Origin: Octopus bimaculoides
Taxonomy: Eukaryota
Length of the DNA: 64,000 nt
Assembly (NCBI RefSeq): GCF_001194135.2
Contig: NC_068983.1
Span: 54,035,840 to 54,099,839, forward strand
Direction: 5' to 3'
Shown: positions 1-11,492 of the stretch, in pieces
Layout of the letters: each line of letters opens with the position of its first letter
Position numbering within the stretch: position 1 is the stretch's first letter
The notes under the pieces: generated by a model
What the model saw: the letters and a program-made list of their open reading frames with translations, nothing else
Databases searched by the model: none
Told to the model about the DNA's origin: nothing
Position numbers and translations under genes: made by a program

Positions 1-199
1 CCTGTGTCACTCAGCTTAGCAGCCGCTGATCATGTTGTAATCGGTATTGGAAGATTAAGAGCTTCCTTGATGCATGCCAGAGGAGCAAATAGCTATCGTA
101 TCGATAGCATCGTGGTGAAGAGTGCTTCATTGAGGAGCGAGGTGTTGTCACATCGAAGGTCTCTCGCTCAACTGACTTACAAAGTGAAACAAACTCTTT

Positions 200-300
200 A
201 AGTACTAGTTTTACTACGCATGCACACTCAAGGGGCTTCCGGAAAGGCAAGTCCCTTGCGCATGTGCAGATAGTACTTCCTCAATGGCGGCTATAATTTC
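200..300. promoter_or_regulatory. Candidate housekeeping-type (possibly bidirectional) promoter
   Basis: CpG-rich start of the window. Clustered motifs: CGCATGCAC 217-225 and TGCGCATGTGCA 257-268 (NRF1-like), TTCCGGAA 237-244 and ACTTCC 275-280 (ETS-like), CAATGGCGGC 282-291 (YY1-like, contains ATG 284). Confidence 0.45.
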
Positions 301-359
301 AAGCCACTACAATATAATTAAAACAATATGTATACAGCCACGTATATATACATATATAT

Positions 360-625
360 ATACAACAAAACCTAATTGTGTAAATTTTCTAAAACTTCTT
401 TGGGGACAAACGGTTTTCACAATGAATTCCAATATAATCGGAATTTACACGATCTGAAGCATATTTGTAGAAAATTTACGAAGGTTACGAAGAAGCAAAT
501 CTTTGGGGCACAATTTTTTTTTTCTTTTGCATAATCCTATCAATTCCATTATGCAGAAGACAATCGAAAACATTTTGTAAAAATTCGTAAAACTAAAAAA
601 GTTATGAGGGGGTCTTAACATGTAC
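360..625. mobile_element. Fragment of the foldback/MITE family also seen at 41227-41858
   Basis: Shares TCTGAAGC(A/G)TATTTGTAGAAAA(A)TT, GGGGCACAATT and AAGTTATGAGG with 41757-41845. Confidence 0.5.
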
Positions 626-1428
626 TTATCACAACTCTGCCAAATGCCATTTTAACATTAGTATACTAGCGTTCTTAAATTAAATGGCGCCACTGTACAT
701 GTGGACAACAAATAACATGTGTATATTTAAGGTTGTTATTTTAAAGCAACTTTAAGAAGTAACACATTTACTGGTGGGTAGACTGAAAACTCAAAGTAGA
801 CTAAAATTTTAGTGTGTGTGTAGCGTATGTGTACATGTGTTTGTGTGTAATGACTTCAATTTTTATTCCTTTTCTGTTTTTCTGTGTTAAACTAAATTTA
901 AGGACGCCAACATTACAAAAACAATTTGAAAATTCAGTATTCAGTTTCTGCCATGCTGGTGGAAATATAGAAACCCAGAATCATCACTAGTGAGAACAAT
1001 AACAATTGTGTTCTCATAGTAACATAAAATGTAAAACCAAAAATGAGGTTAAATAAAAATATTTTAAATAATTTCCAGAACTTGTGATCAAGAAATAGAA
1101 AGTTTGCCATTTTATTTTTACTTAAAATATTTGAAATCTTTCCAAAATCTGTTTGTTTTCTTTGCTCTCGTTCTCCTTTGTTCTTTATCTGCTTTAACTA
1201 AATAGCTCGTATTTGATTTTTTATGACCCAAAGGTTGTGAATTTATAACTTAGTGTCACTGACATTGTATAGATTTTAAATTTCTTTAAGTAGTTATTTA
1301 TCTTAAGGAACCAAACTTCGATCAAAGGTCATGTACATTATTGCGATTAGAACCATATTGATAGAAACAGTTAAAAGACTGGAAGTTAAATAAGCGAACA
1401 GATTTAATGGAGAAGGACTGTTTAAAAT

Positions 1429-1988
1429 CAATGGTTCTCAAATAGGGTCTACATGACGCTTGGGGGTCCATATAAGATTTTGAAATTTATCTGCAATAAA
1501 TTGGTTATATTTTAACAATTGTTTTTATACAATTCCTTATAATATTTAATTATAACAGTATAATTAGGATAAGACCTCCTTTGGTCACAAATGACCATGG
1601 GATTGCACAAAGAAAGTTTCCCTCCAAGGCACCAGTCCAGGCAAGGTTGTTTGTGGAAGACCAGCAGTTGCCCATGCATACCAGTCTCCCTCTCCATGCT
1701 ACCAATGTTATCCAAGGAAAAGGGGCCAATACAGCTTAGCACCAGTGACGTCACAACTTATTTTTACGACCGACAACTTGAAATAAAGTGTCTTGCTTGA
1801 GAACACAACACACAGCTTGGCTCTGAAATTGAACTCACAACCTCAGTATTATAAGCCCCAATGCTCTAACCATTGAGCCATGTGCCTTCACAAGTATAAT
1901 TATAATAAACTGAATAACTATGACGATTCACCTGAGTAAAATAGGAATCAAAGGAGTCCATAAGCAAAAAAATGGTTGAGAACCATTG
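1429..1988. mobile_element. hAT (Charlie-like) MITE with nested SINE
   Basis: Perfect 13-bp TIRs CAATGGTTCTCAA (1429-1441) / TTGAGAACCATTG (1976-1988). Interior matches the reverse complement of 36640-36740. TSD degraded. Confidence 0.8.
1555..1892 (-). mobile_element. tRNA-derived SINE (minor family) nested in the hAT MITE
   Basis: Minus-strand tRNA-like head (GGCTCAATGGTTAGAGC ... GAGTTCAATTTC) followed by TGTTGTGTTCTCAAGCAAGACAC. Related copies at ~6600-6790, 8585-8785, 19527-19760, 38690-38885. Confidence 0.75.
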
Positions 1989-2009
1989 CATTAAATCCAT
2001 GCTTTCATG

Positions 2010-2300
2010 GATTTGATGGAACTTGTTAAAGCAGATTTTTTACAGCCGGATGCCCTTTCTGTCACCAACCCTTGCCTGTTTTCAAGCAAAATAATATTCC
2101 CTCATGGCAAGACATGTTTTTCATGTAAGACTGGAAACAGTCTTGGATAATGCTTTTTTATGTGCCACTGGCACAGGAGCCAGTCAGGGGGTCCTGGCAT
2201 CAGCCATGTTTGGATAGTGCTTTTTATATGCCACTGGCACAGGAGCCAGTCAGGGGGTCCTAGCATCGGCCATGTTTGGATGGTGTCTTTTATGTGCCAC
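2010..2300 (-). mobile_element. RTE LINE 3' UTR fragment with internal 66-nt tandem duplication
   Basis: GCCGGATGCCCTTTCTGTCACCAACC motif of the RTE 3' family. Unit TTTTTATGTGCCACTGGCACAGGAGCCAGTCAGGGGGTCC... occurs twice (2154-2285). Confidence 0.7.
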
Positions 2301-3091
2301 CAGCATGGAGTAAATGTATTTTTTATTATAATAATCAATTCATATTGCCTACATGTGTATCGGTTTTAATATCTTAAATCCATTTTGTGCAATTTTATAT
2401 TTATTGAATTTAAATAAATTTAATCTAAACAAACACTGTATCAATAATACAATACCTAAGTTCCTACATTTAAATATACTTTCTTTGTAATTAAATAAAT
2501 TTAGATAAAAATAAACTGTGTACGTAGTAAATAAGAATTATTTTTGTTTATTCTTATTGCAAGAAGTTATATTAGTTGTTACTAATATAGATTATTTTTT
2601 TAGATATATTACTTGATAGTTTGAGTTCGTACCTATACTTGTCTATTTAATTAATGAAATAGATGTATTGTTCTTATTTACTATGTCCACAGTGTTTATT
2701 TTTATCTAAATTTAATTACAAAGAAAGTATATTTAACTTTAGGAAGTTAGGTATTGTATTATTCATACAGTCTTTATTTAAATTCAATAAATATAATTTT
2801 TTTAACTTTATGAATAGACAAGAAATCCCATTGGGTTCCTACACTATTCATCAATTTAATTGTTTAGGGGCACAATTCTTAGGTAGCTTATACATGGTGT
2901 TTAATTCTTTAGCTAAAAGTATTCAAAAATAACAAAAGTATATTTATTATTAAAGCTAAATATACTTCTTATTTTTAAATAGTTTGTTTTTGAATATGAC
3001 TTCTTACAATAAGAATAAACAAAAATAAATAAATAAAAGATAACAAATAAGTACATACCTAGTTTTATATTTTACCAATAAGAAACTTTAA

Positions 3092-3312
3092 TCCTTTAGT
3101 GTTTAAACCGGCCATATCAGGCCAAAATTGTCTTCCTGTTTTATTCTCAAACCAGTCAGCTCTGACCTCTCACACCTACCCTACAAACTCATTCTAAAAA
3201 TAAACAGGGACATCATCAAAATCTCAGAGTTTCGAGATGCTGTACAATTAATTTAAAACAATGTAATTTAAACAGGCTTTACATTTGACAGAGTAATCTG
3301 AATGCTAAAGGG
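3092..3312. mobile_element. piggyBac-type non-autonomous MITE (family 1)
   Basis: TTAA|TCCTTTAG ... CTAAAGGG|TTAA (TTAA at 3088-3091 and 3313-3316). Reverse-oriented relative at ~63110-63222. Confidence 0.8.
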
Positions 3313-3756
3313 TTAAATATATTGTGAACATGATAGATAGTACAAAGCAGTAATGGGAAGTATATAAATCTATACTGTGGAATGTATTTTAGAGATAATG
3401 ATAAATGACCAGCTTGTAAAAAAGCTGTCTTTTTTGCGGCACTATAAAGAGAGGATAGTAACAGGACCTAGTTCTTCTCAACTATGCCTACCCCATGTCC
3501 AGTGGTCAAAATCAGCCTCCAGCTATTTTTTAAAATTGCATCCAATTCAAATGGAATGAACTCTCTATCCGCTGTGGATGTATGGAAAATTTTTTTTTTT
3601 TACTTTGATAAACTCTTGCCCTGACAAAGGCTTTTGCTTTTAAAATTCATGATGCAATTTAATTGCACAATATGGATTTAAGTAATTAAAACTGAAACCC
3701 GCATAGGCAACATGAATTGATTATCTTGTGTACACATTCTCCATTTTCTTTATATA

Positions 3757-4151
3757 GGAGTGGCTGTGTGGTAAGTAGCTTGCTTACCAACCACATGGTT
3801 CTGGGTTCAGTCCCACTGCATGGCACCTTGGGCAAGTGTTTTCTACTATAGCCTCGGGCCAACTAAAGTCTTGTGAGTGGATTTGGTAGACAGAAACTGA
3901 AAGAAGCCCGTCGTATATTTATATATGTGTGTGTTTGTGTATATGTTTGTGTGTCTGTGTTGTCCCCCCAACACCACTTGACAACCGATGCTGGTGTGTT
4001 TACGTCCCTGTAACATTAGTGGTTCGGCAAAAGAGACCGATAGATTAAGTACTAGGTATACAAAGAATAAGTCCTGGGGTCGATTTGCTCAACTAAAATT
4101 GGCGCTCCAGCATGGCCACAGTCAAATGACTGAAACAAGTAAAAAGAGTAT
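3757..4151 (+). mobile_element. SINE-A, full length
   Basis: tRNA-like head with A box TGGCTGTGTGG and B box GGTTCAGTCCC, then GGCACCTTGGGCAAGTG, a central (TA/TG)n after GAAGCCCGTCG, and 3' end ATGACTGAAACAAGTAAAAAGA. About 18 copies or fragments in the window. Confidence 0.9.
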
Positions 4152-4165
4152 ATATATATATATAC

Positions 4166-4458
4166 NNNNNNNNNNNNNNNNNNNNNNNNNNNNNNNNNNN
4201 NNNNNNNNNNNNNNNNNNNNNNNNNNNNNNNNNNNNNNNNNNNNNNNNNNNNNNNNNNNNNNNNNNNNNNNNNNNNNNNNNNNNNNNNNNNNNNNNNNNN
4301 NNNNNNNNNNNNNNNNNNNNNNNNNNNNNNNNNNNNNNNNNNNNNNNNNNNNNNNNNNNNNNNNNNNNNNNNNNNNNNNNNNNNNNNNNNNNNNNNNNNN
4401 NNNNNNNNNNNNNNNNNNNNNNNNNNNNNNNNNNNNNNNNNNNNNNNNNNNNNNNNNN
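4166..4458. other. Assembly gap within a (TA)n microsatellite
   Basis: Run of N flanked by (TA)n on both sides. Confidence 0.98.
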
Positions 4459-4491
<33 letters not shown>

Positions 4492-4804
4492 CAGATAGGA
4501 GATAAACCAACACAGTTGCCAAATGTGTCCAAGGTATCAGAAAAGGCCACTTGGAAGGCCCCCCCCCCACAATGATGGGAAGACAATTTAGTTAAGCAAT
4601 TTGGGTCAAGATAATAAAGAATGGCACAAATGAAGACAGTTAGAAGTGTATTGTGACCAGTGGTGTACAATAGCATTTGATGGTCTTGTTGATATTGCGA
4701 CACATGCATGCATACACATGGTAATGATATGACATGCTTCTTTCAGTTTCCATCTAGGCAATGCACGCTCATGCACACAAATACACATATGCACATATTC
4801 AATG

Positions 4805-5352
4805 TGTTTCCTTTAGTTCTTTCAATCAAATCTATTCGCAGGGATCATGGTCGTAGAAAACATTTGCTCAAAATGTCACATACTGGGATTGAACTTGAAG
4901 CCATGTAGTTGGAAAGCAAACTTCTTAACCACACAGCCATGTCATGTATATGTGCTGGCATGGCTGTGTGGTAAGAAGTTTGCTTCTTAACCACATGGTT
5001 CTGGGTTTAGTCCCACTGCATGGCACCTTGGGCGAGTGTCTTCTACTATAGCTTTGGGCTGATCAAGGCCTTGTAAGTGGATTTAGCAGATGGAAACTGA
5101 CAGAAGCCCATTGTGTATATATGTGTGTGTGTGTGTGTGTCATTACATATGTTTGTCCTCCACCACTACTTGACCACCAATGTTGATGTGCTTACATCTC
5201 TGTAACTTAGCAGCTCAACACAAGAGTCTGATAGATTAAGTACCAGGCTCTAAAAACAAAAACGTACTGGTATCGATTCATTTGACTAAAATTCCTGAAA
5301 GTGGTGCCCCAGCATGGCTACAGACTAATGACTGAAATAAACAAAAGATAAG
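4805..5352. mobile_element. Head-to-head SINE-A pair (partial minus copy 4805-4942, full plus copy 4957-5352)
   Basis: ...AACCACACAGCCATG (minus head) lies about 15 nt from CATGGCTGTGTGGTAAG (plus head). Confidence 0.85.
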
Positions 5353-5711
5353 ACACACACACATACACATTTTTTGTTTAGAAACACTGAACTACTCAGA
5401 ACTTATTAGTATAAATAAGTTTTTCCCCTCTTTTGTCATGATAATGACCTTAATGATAATATAAAACATGATAATGAGAATGGGGTGTTTTCATCATACA
5501 TTTAAATGTGCTAAAAATAGACAGTGTATTGATGAACGAGCAGCTTATGTTAATAATATTGAATTCTATCCCAGGATGCAGTGCAACTTGACAAACATGT
5601 TTGCTAGTAATCAAAGCAAATCAACAGACAAGTATATTCTTAGTTGCATTGGTTGTTTCTAGTCAACTACTCGATCTAGTTGTAATACCAACGTAAATAA
5701 TCAAATTACTA

Positions 5712-6060
5712 GTTACCCCTTTTGTTTCCATATTTCTATTGAAATACGCTGCTCGTGTTTCAATTAATTTTTTAAAATATTGAATTTGATGAAATAACTT
5801 GGGCATTGCCTAAACTGATGTCTGGAAAATACATTAACATGAAGTTTTGATGGGAAGTTTTAATCTAGGTCACTTTAACCATTTTGTTACCAAATATCTG
5901 TTAAAATGCACCGCTTTTGTTTCAGTTGATTTTTAAAATATTGAAGAATTTAGTAAAATGACTTTGTCATTCTTTAAAGTGGTGATTGGAATATATGTTA
6001 ACATGAAGTTTTCATTGAAGCTTTTTAGATCACTTAAACTCTTTTGTTACCATATTTGTG
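5712..6060. repeat. About 2.2 tandem ~165-nt units derived from one end of the piggyBac MITE family 2
   Basis: Units start (T)TAACC(C/A)TTTTGTTACCA and match the reverse complement of the MITEs at 60739-62248. Confidence 0.7.
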
Positions 6061-6874
6061 CTTTTGTGTCTTTCAGAGATATAGTAAAATGAAATCTCGT
6101 TTATCAAATTAAAGGTTCAACGGATTAAAAGATGAAGATTCAGTTGAACAATGTTCTAGATTTATAAGATAAAAGGATGGTAATAGCTGAAACACGTTTC
6201 ATTATAGGCTAGAGTGATCATGGTTGAGACGGGAGCTAAAACAAGAATAACTACAGTTACATATAAATTATATATGTCTGTGTATTTGTGCATGAAGTTT
6301 TCATTTACAAAACCATAGCTGAACATACAAAGTTCAAATATTGGAATCTTCATCATAGAACATTCGTTTATTGTGTTGGATAGTTTGACAGGATCTAACA
6401 AACCAGAGGACTGCACTAAACTCCAATGTCTGCTTTGACACAGTTCCTATTGCTAGATACCCTTCCTAATGCCAACCATTTTACAGAGTGTACTGGGTGC
6501 TTTTTACATGTCACCATTATCAGTAAGGTCACAAAGTAATTCATAAAACAAGGCCCTTTGACAGTCTTCATCATCATCATCAACCCCTAGGCTTGTTACC
6601 TGGTTAAATTGGTATATGTGACCAAGATCACATTACCTCTGAACGAAATACCAGTCCAATACAGGGTTACCCATTTGCAGGTGAGTGGAGTGGAGCAATG
6701 TGAAACAGTGTTTTACTGGAGAACACAATACACTGACCAATCTTGCAAGTGTGAGTGCAACCCACTAACCTCTAGGTTATGTGCCTTCAATTGATTGAAT
6801 GAGGATGAAGCTTTGTGCCAGGTGTTAAGCTGCTAAAGTATGAAAGAGAGACAAGAATAGGTGTTTTGTTATAG

Positions 6875-6927
6875 ACAAGATACATGGCTTCTCCAGCAGG
6901 AAGCAAAGAAAGGATGGAGGAGATGAG
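6875..6927 (+). CDS. Candidate internal exon (TRYMASPAGSKERMEEM), unidentified gene
   Basis: Acceptor GTTTTGTTATAG|, donor GAG|GTATCA. 53 nt, phase 0 to 2, joins in frame to 7437. Another frame is also open, so the frame is not proven. Confidence 0.35.
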
Positions 6928-7436
6928 GTATCATAACCAGCAAATAGTATTCAGCTCATTGCGTGCTTCTCATGTCCTCATGATGAATTTGGAAAAGAAT
7001 CTAAAACAAAAATTGTTTGTCATTAATATGAAAAGGGTTGGGGTTAATAAAATAAAAAAAAAACAAACAAAAACCAAAAATACTTGATATAAATGTTGCT
7101 TCAGAATATAAACTTACTCTTTGCCATGATACATATTTAAAACAGATTTTTGTCATAAAAATAATATGACCGTTATTGCTTTTCAAACTGTGTATGTCTT
7201 GTTTTATACTGTTTTAAGTTCTTTACAATTTTGAGCCAAAATTCTGCCTGGCTTACAGTGACTATCACTTGTAGTCCTTTATATCAAAGTTACAAAGAGA
7301 AATAGAATCAATTGATCATGCCCTACTTCAACCAAAAATCAGGGTAGGAGCAAAAACAAAATCAATATTTTCCTGATGATGCAATCATTGATAATATCTA
7401 TTGTGCATATGCGTCAAGTTTGTTGTTCTACATTAG

Positions 7437-7506
7437 ATTGGAAGAATTTCTGGAACAGCAGCAGCAGCAACAACAACAACAACAACAAAATGGTTGGAAA
7501 TTGTAA
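7437..7506 (+). CDS. Candidate polyQ-containing exon (RLEEFLE-Q11-NGWKL*), possibly terminal
   Basis: Acceptor TTGTTGTTCTACATTAG|, mixed (CAG)4(CAA)7 tract, TAA 7504-7506, AATAAA 7511-7516. An alternative donor AATG|GTTGGA cannot be excluded. Confidence 0.4.
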
Positions 7507-8211
7507 AATGAATAAATTATGTGAATTTATAAACTCATAACACTTCAAACAATTAAGAGGAAAAGATTGCATATTTTCTTCAGAAGAAAACAATTACAAA
7601 CAGGCAGTGATAAATATGTGTTTGTGTGTTTAGTGTTTATACGTACACTTATGTGTAAATATGTAACGTGTAACATAAATGATTGTGCTATATGTAGAAT
7701 CTATATATTCAAAGAACAAATGATTAAAATTGTGAAGTCTGTCTGTCAGGAAGCAAGACATTAAATGTAGGTTATGCGTTGTAGGAAAAAAAAAAGAAAA
7801 CGAATGATGAAATGAAATTTTGTGTGGAAAATTATTCCTACTTAATTTTTGAAATGATTGAGTCTATGACATAGCATAGTAACTGAATGACTAAAGTGTG
7901 TTTGTGAATAATATACTCATAGTACATAGTGGCCTTAAGTAAGGTCCATAACTCAATTTGCACAAATTCCGCACAGAGCTTAGTTACAAAGTCAAAGAGT
8001 ATTTACAAGACCCTAAACCCCTGGCATTGCACAATGATTTCAAATGCCACATGCACTCTATCCCCTATGAGAGCAGTGCATGCATACAGATGTAGTATAT
8101 AAGTGTGAGGTGGTGATGCATAATAACAGGTTTTACATAGGGGCTGCTATGAACCCCTGTGAAGCAACAGGTTTCAATGTATAAACACTTTCTCACACTT
8201 GTTAATATTCT

Positions 8212-8422
8212 TTTCTACTCTAGGCACAATGCCCAGAATTTTTGGAGAGGGGGCCAGTTGATTAGATTAACTCCAATACACAACTGGTACTTAATTAATC
8301 AACCCTGAAAGGATGAAAGATAACGTTGACCTCGGAATTTGAACTGAGAACGTAAAGACAGACAAAATATCACTTAGCATTTCACCCGGCATGCTAACGT
8401 TTCTGCTAGCTCGCTGCCTTAA
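8212..8422 (-). mobile_element. SINE-B (tail type 2)
   Basis: Reverse complement of GCAGCGAGCTAGCAGAAACGTTAGC ... GAGTTCAAATTCC ... CTTTCATCCTTTC ... GTACCAGTT ... AGTAGAAAAG. Confidence 0.85.
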
Positions 8423-11254
8423 AGCTTACCGCATGTTTTAATGTCTGTGTTTGCTTCCCCACATTGCTTGACAGTCAGTGTTGGTTTGTTTACATCCCCA
8501 TAATTTGAGAGTTTAGCAAAAGAGATTGATAGATTAAGTACCTGATACAAAAAATTGATACTGGTGTTGTATAAGTGACTGAGGTTACTGTGCTCCCCCT
8601 TAAACATCAGTCTATTACAGGGTTAAGTCCCCACCTATTGCTGGCACACATTTACAGCTGAGTGGACTGGACCAATGTGAAATGAAGCATTTTGCCCAGA
8701 GCACATGCTTATTGGTCTGGGGAACAGAACCACAATCTTACCATCATGAGGGCAACATCCTAACCATTAGCTCATGTGTCATTACTAATAAAATTATTAT
8801 TCAATTGTTAAAGCAGTGAACTGACAGAATTGTTAGTTTCAGACAAAAATGCCTTATGGTATTTGTTTCAGCTCTTTATATTCTGAGTTCAAATTCTGCT
8901 GATGTAAATTTTGCCTTTCATTCTTCTGATGTTGATAAAGTGAAGCCCATACTTGAAAAGTTGAGCCCTATACTTGTTTTCTCATCCAAATTAAAGGTTT
9001 TGTACCCTTGTTATAAATCGTTTGAATGCTTGGAGAAGTAACCCTTTCAGCAGGATCTCACATCAATGGTGGTTCATTGTTATTTTGAGTTTAGTTTTGA
9101 TTATTTTACTTATGAGAATTTTCTTAAAATAATTAGCTTCAAGATTCTCGGTTTGATTTTGATTGCATTCAATCACTTAAAAAAAAAAAAATGTACCTTA
9201 TTTTTATTTCTTTAACCATTATTGATACCAGCCCACCTCGGACTATCCTTCCATGCTGGCATGGATTGGATGGTTCAGCAGGAGCTGCTTCAGGTCCATT
9301 GTCTCTTTAGCATGGTTTCTGCACCTGGATTCCCTTTCTAATGCCAACCACTTTACAAAGTGCACTGGATGCTTTTTATGTGGCACCAACACCAATGCTT
9401 TTTATATGATATCAGCACTTTGATTCCGCCATACAAATTTTGTTTTGAAATGATCCAAATTAAAACTTACCATCAAAATTTCATGGTAATTTATGCTCCA
9501 ACCACCAGTTTAAACAATGTTATTTTACTAAATTCTTCATTATTTTTTTAATTGCTGCATAGGCAATGTACATTAAAAAAAAATGTGGTAATGAAAATAG
9601 GATTCAGTAATTAGGATGTTAATTTTATTCATTTCTTTTTCCCCCTCACTGACATTATTCTGTGTCTGTCTCTCTGGAAAAATCAAGTCTATTGCTGCTT
9701 GTATATAATTTCAAGAAAACTAACACCTTCAAAGCTGCTCAAGAAATACTAAAGGCGCCAGAGGCAAACACCATCCACCAAGACTGTAAATCTTTGTTAA
9801 AAGCTCTGAGTCATTACTTTAATTCATGTGATTCATTTTTGACACTACAGTTACTAGCAATGATTAAATAGAACAGTGACATAAGCATTTTGTACCTTGG
9901 TCTACAACCAAAGACTTTGAATTTAGTACTACAAGGTTCTGAAACACTACTTATTTATCTAGTGTTCCTGCTGCTTACATTACAATGTTGAGATGTACCT
10001 ACTTATATCTATTTAGTACAAAGAGGTGTTTGTCATCTGAAGTTGATAGTTTTAGCTCAGGTGATAATATAGCATTAAGACATGAAATATTGAAATTTTA
10101 AAAAGTTGACAACACTGTAAAGTGGTTGGCAATGTAAATAGCAACCAGCCATAGAAACCATACCATGGTAGAAATAGGAATGCAATGCAGTTTTCAGACC
10201 TGTTGGATCCTGTCAGGCAATCCAACTCATATCAGCATGGAACAGGGATGCTAAATGATGATGATGAAACTGTCATCTGGTTGCCTTCACCAACCAACCA
10301 CAACTCTATCAATCACCGTGTGGATCTATTTCTAGCAAAGTACACTTTAAATTAATTTTGAAAATCAAGAATTTAGACGAATTTGTTGAAATAACTTTTT
10401 TCAATAACTTAACAAAATTGGTTTGACATAAAATGATGAGAGGTCTTTACTCAGGTAAGACCATTTTGTAATGAAAGATTCGTCTTAGATCAGAGGTAAT
10501 CTCAGGCAGCTTAGTATTAAATAGGTCAATGAAATAAAACATTTACCCCACTCCAGGGACATTGTTTTATGAAGTTACAGCTACATGTGCTTTGTCAATT
10601 AAAACCTTTTGAATTCTGATCATAAGACATTTTGAGATAAGTCATAAGATTTATGAGTTTTTAGTAAGTTTCAATGTAAATCCTGACCCTGTTCTTTATT
10701 TTATTTTGAAATGTTTATTCTTTTACTTAATCACATGACTTGACATGTGTATGGATCTGTTGATTGATGGTAAACTTAGATATGACTTTATAAAATATAC
10801 ACCAGATGTTTGAAATGCATTAAAACTATATTCATGAAGTCACAGCTGGCCAAATCAATAAATTGTTGGACTCTCAACAGAAGTTTCTGCAGATTGTATC
10901 CAGTCACTGGTGCTACTATCTACCAATGCAAAAGATCAAATTTTATAACCACATCAACCTACCTAACCTAATTTTGAATAGGTTTAATATATAACTATCA
11001 GTAACTACAGAAGGCAGTGGGGGATATTGTTATAAAATTAATGAGTTTCTTTATAAAGCTGTCATCTCATGTAGTTTTGGAGGAAGCTTCGTGTTGCCAA
11101 TCATGTCAATTCAGGTAGCTAAGCCAGGTGTCATGGTTAACACCCACTCTAGCAATGAAGCCTTCAAGCAGCAATAGTTTACTCTTTTATTCATTTCAAC
11201 CATGCTGCTGTGGTCATGCTGGAGCACCACTGCATTCTTAAGTCTCTCAAATTA

Positions 11255-11492
11255 AAGGTAGCGAGCTGGCAGAAACGTTAGCACGCGCTGGGCGAAATGC
11301 TTAGCAGTATTTCATCTGCCGCTACATTCTGAGTTCAAATTCCGCCGAGGTCGACTTTGCCTTTCATCCTTTCGGGGTCAATTAAATAAGTACCAGTTAT
11401 GCACTGGGGTCGATATAATCGATTTAATCCGTTTGTCTGTCCTTGTTTGTGCCCTCTGTGTGTAACCCCATGTGGGCAGTAAAGAAATAAGT
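11255..11492 (+). mobile_element. SINE-B, young full copy (tail type 1)
   Basis: tRNA-like head (B box GAGTTCAAATTCC), central GCCTTTCATCCTTTCGGGGTC...AAGTACCAG, tail TGTGGGCAGTAAAGAAATAAG. CpGs retained. Confidence 0.9.

Noticed and set aside
4-250. 65-aa and 79-aa ORFs at the window start
   Set aside because: No recognisable domain; better explained as UTR/promoter sequence.
3440-3590. Minus-strand ADREFIPFELDAILKNSWRLILTTGHG as an exon or hAT dimerisation-domain relic
   Set aside because: Plausible splice sites, but only a faint motif resemblance that needs a frameshift; not supportable.
3757-3830. tRNA genes at SINE heads
   Set aside because: A and B boxes are present but there is no complete cloverleaf, and each continues into a SINE body; these are tRNA-derived SINE heads.
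3988-4575. Long ORFs spanning N-gaps (also 21936-22154, 33865-34999, 39610-40161)
   Set aside because: Artefacts of N codons and (TA)n translating as IYIY; no real coding signal.
5521-6230. Candidate exons at 5521, ~6077 and ~6209
   Set aside because: Weak acceptor, in-frame stops or no good donor; could not be chained convincingly to 6875.
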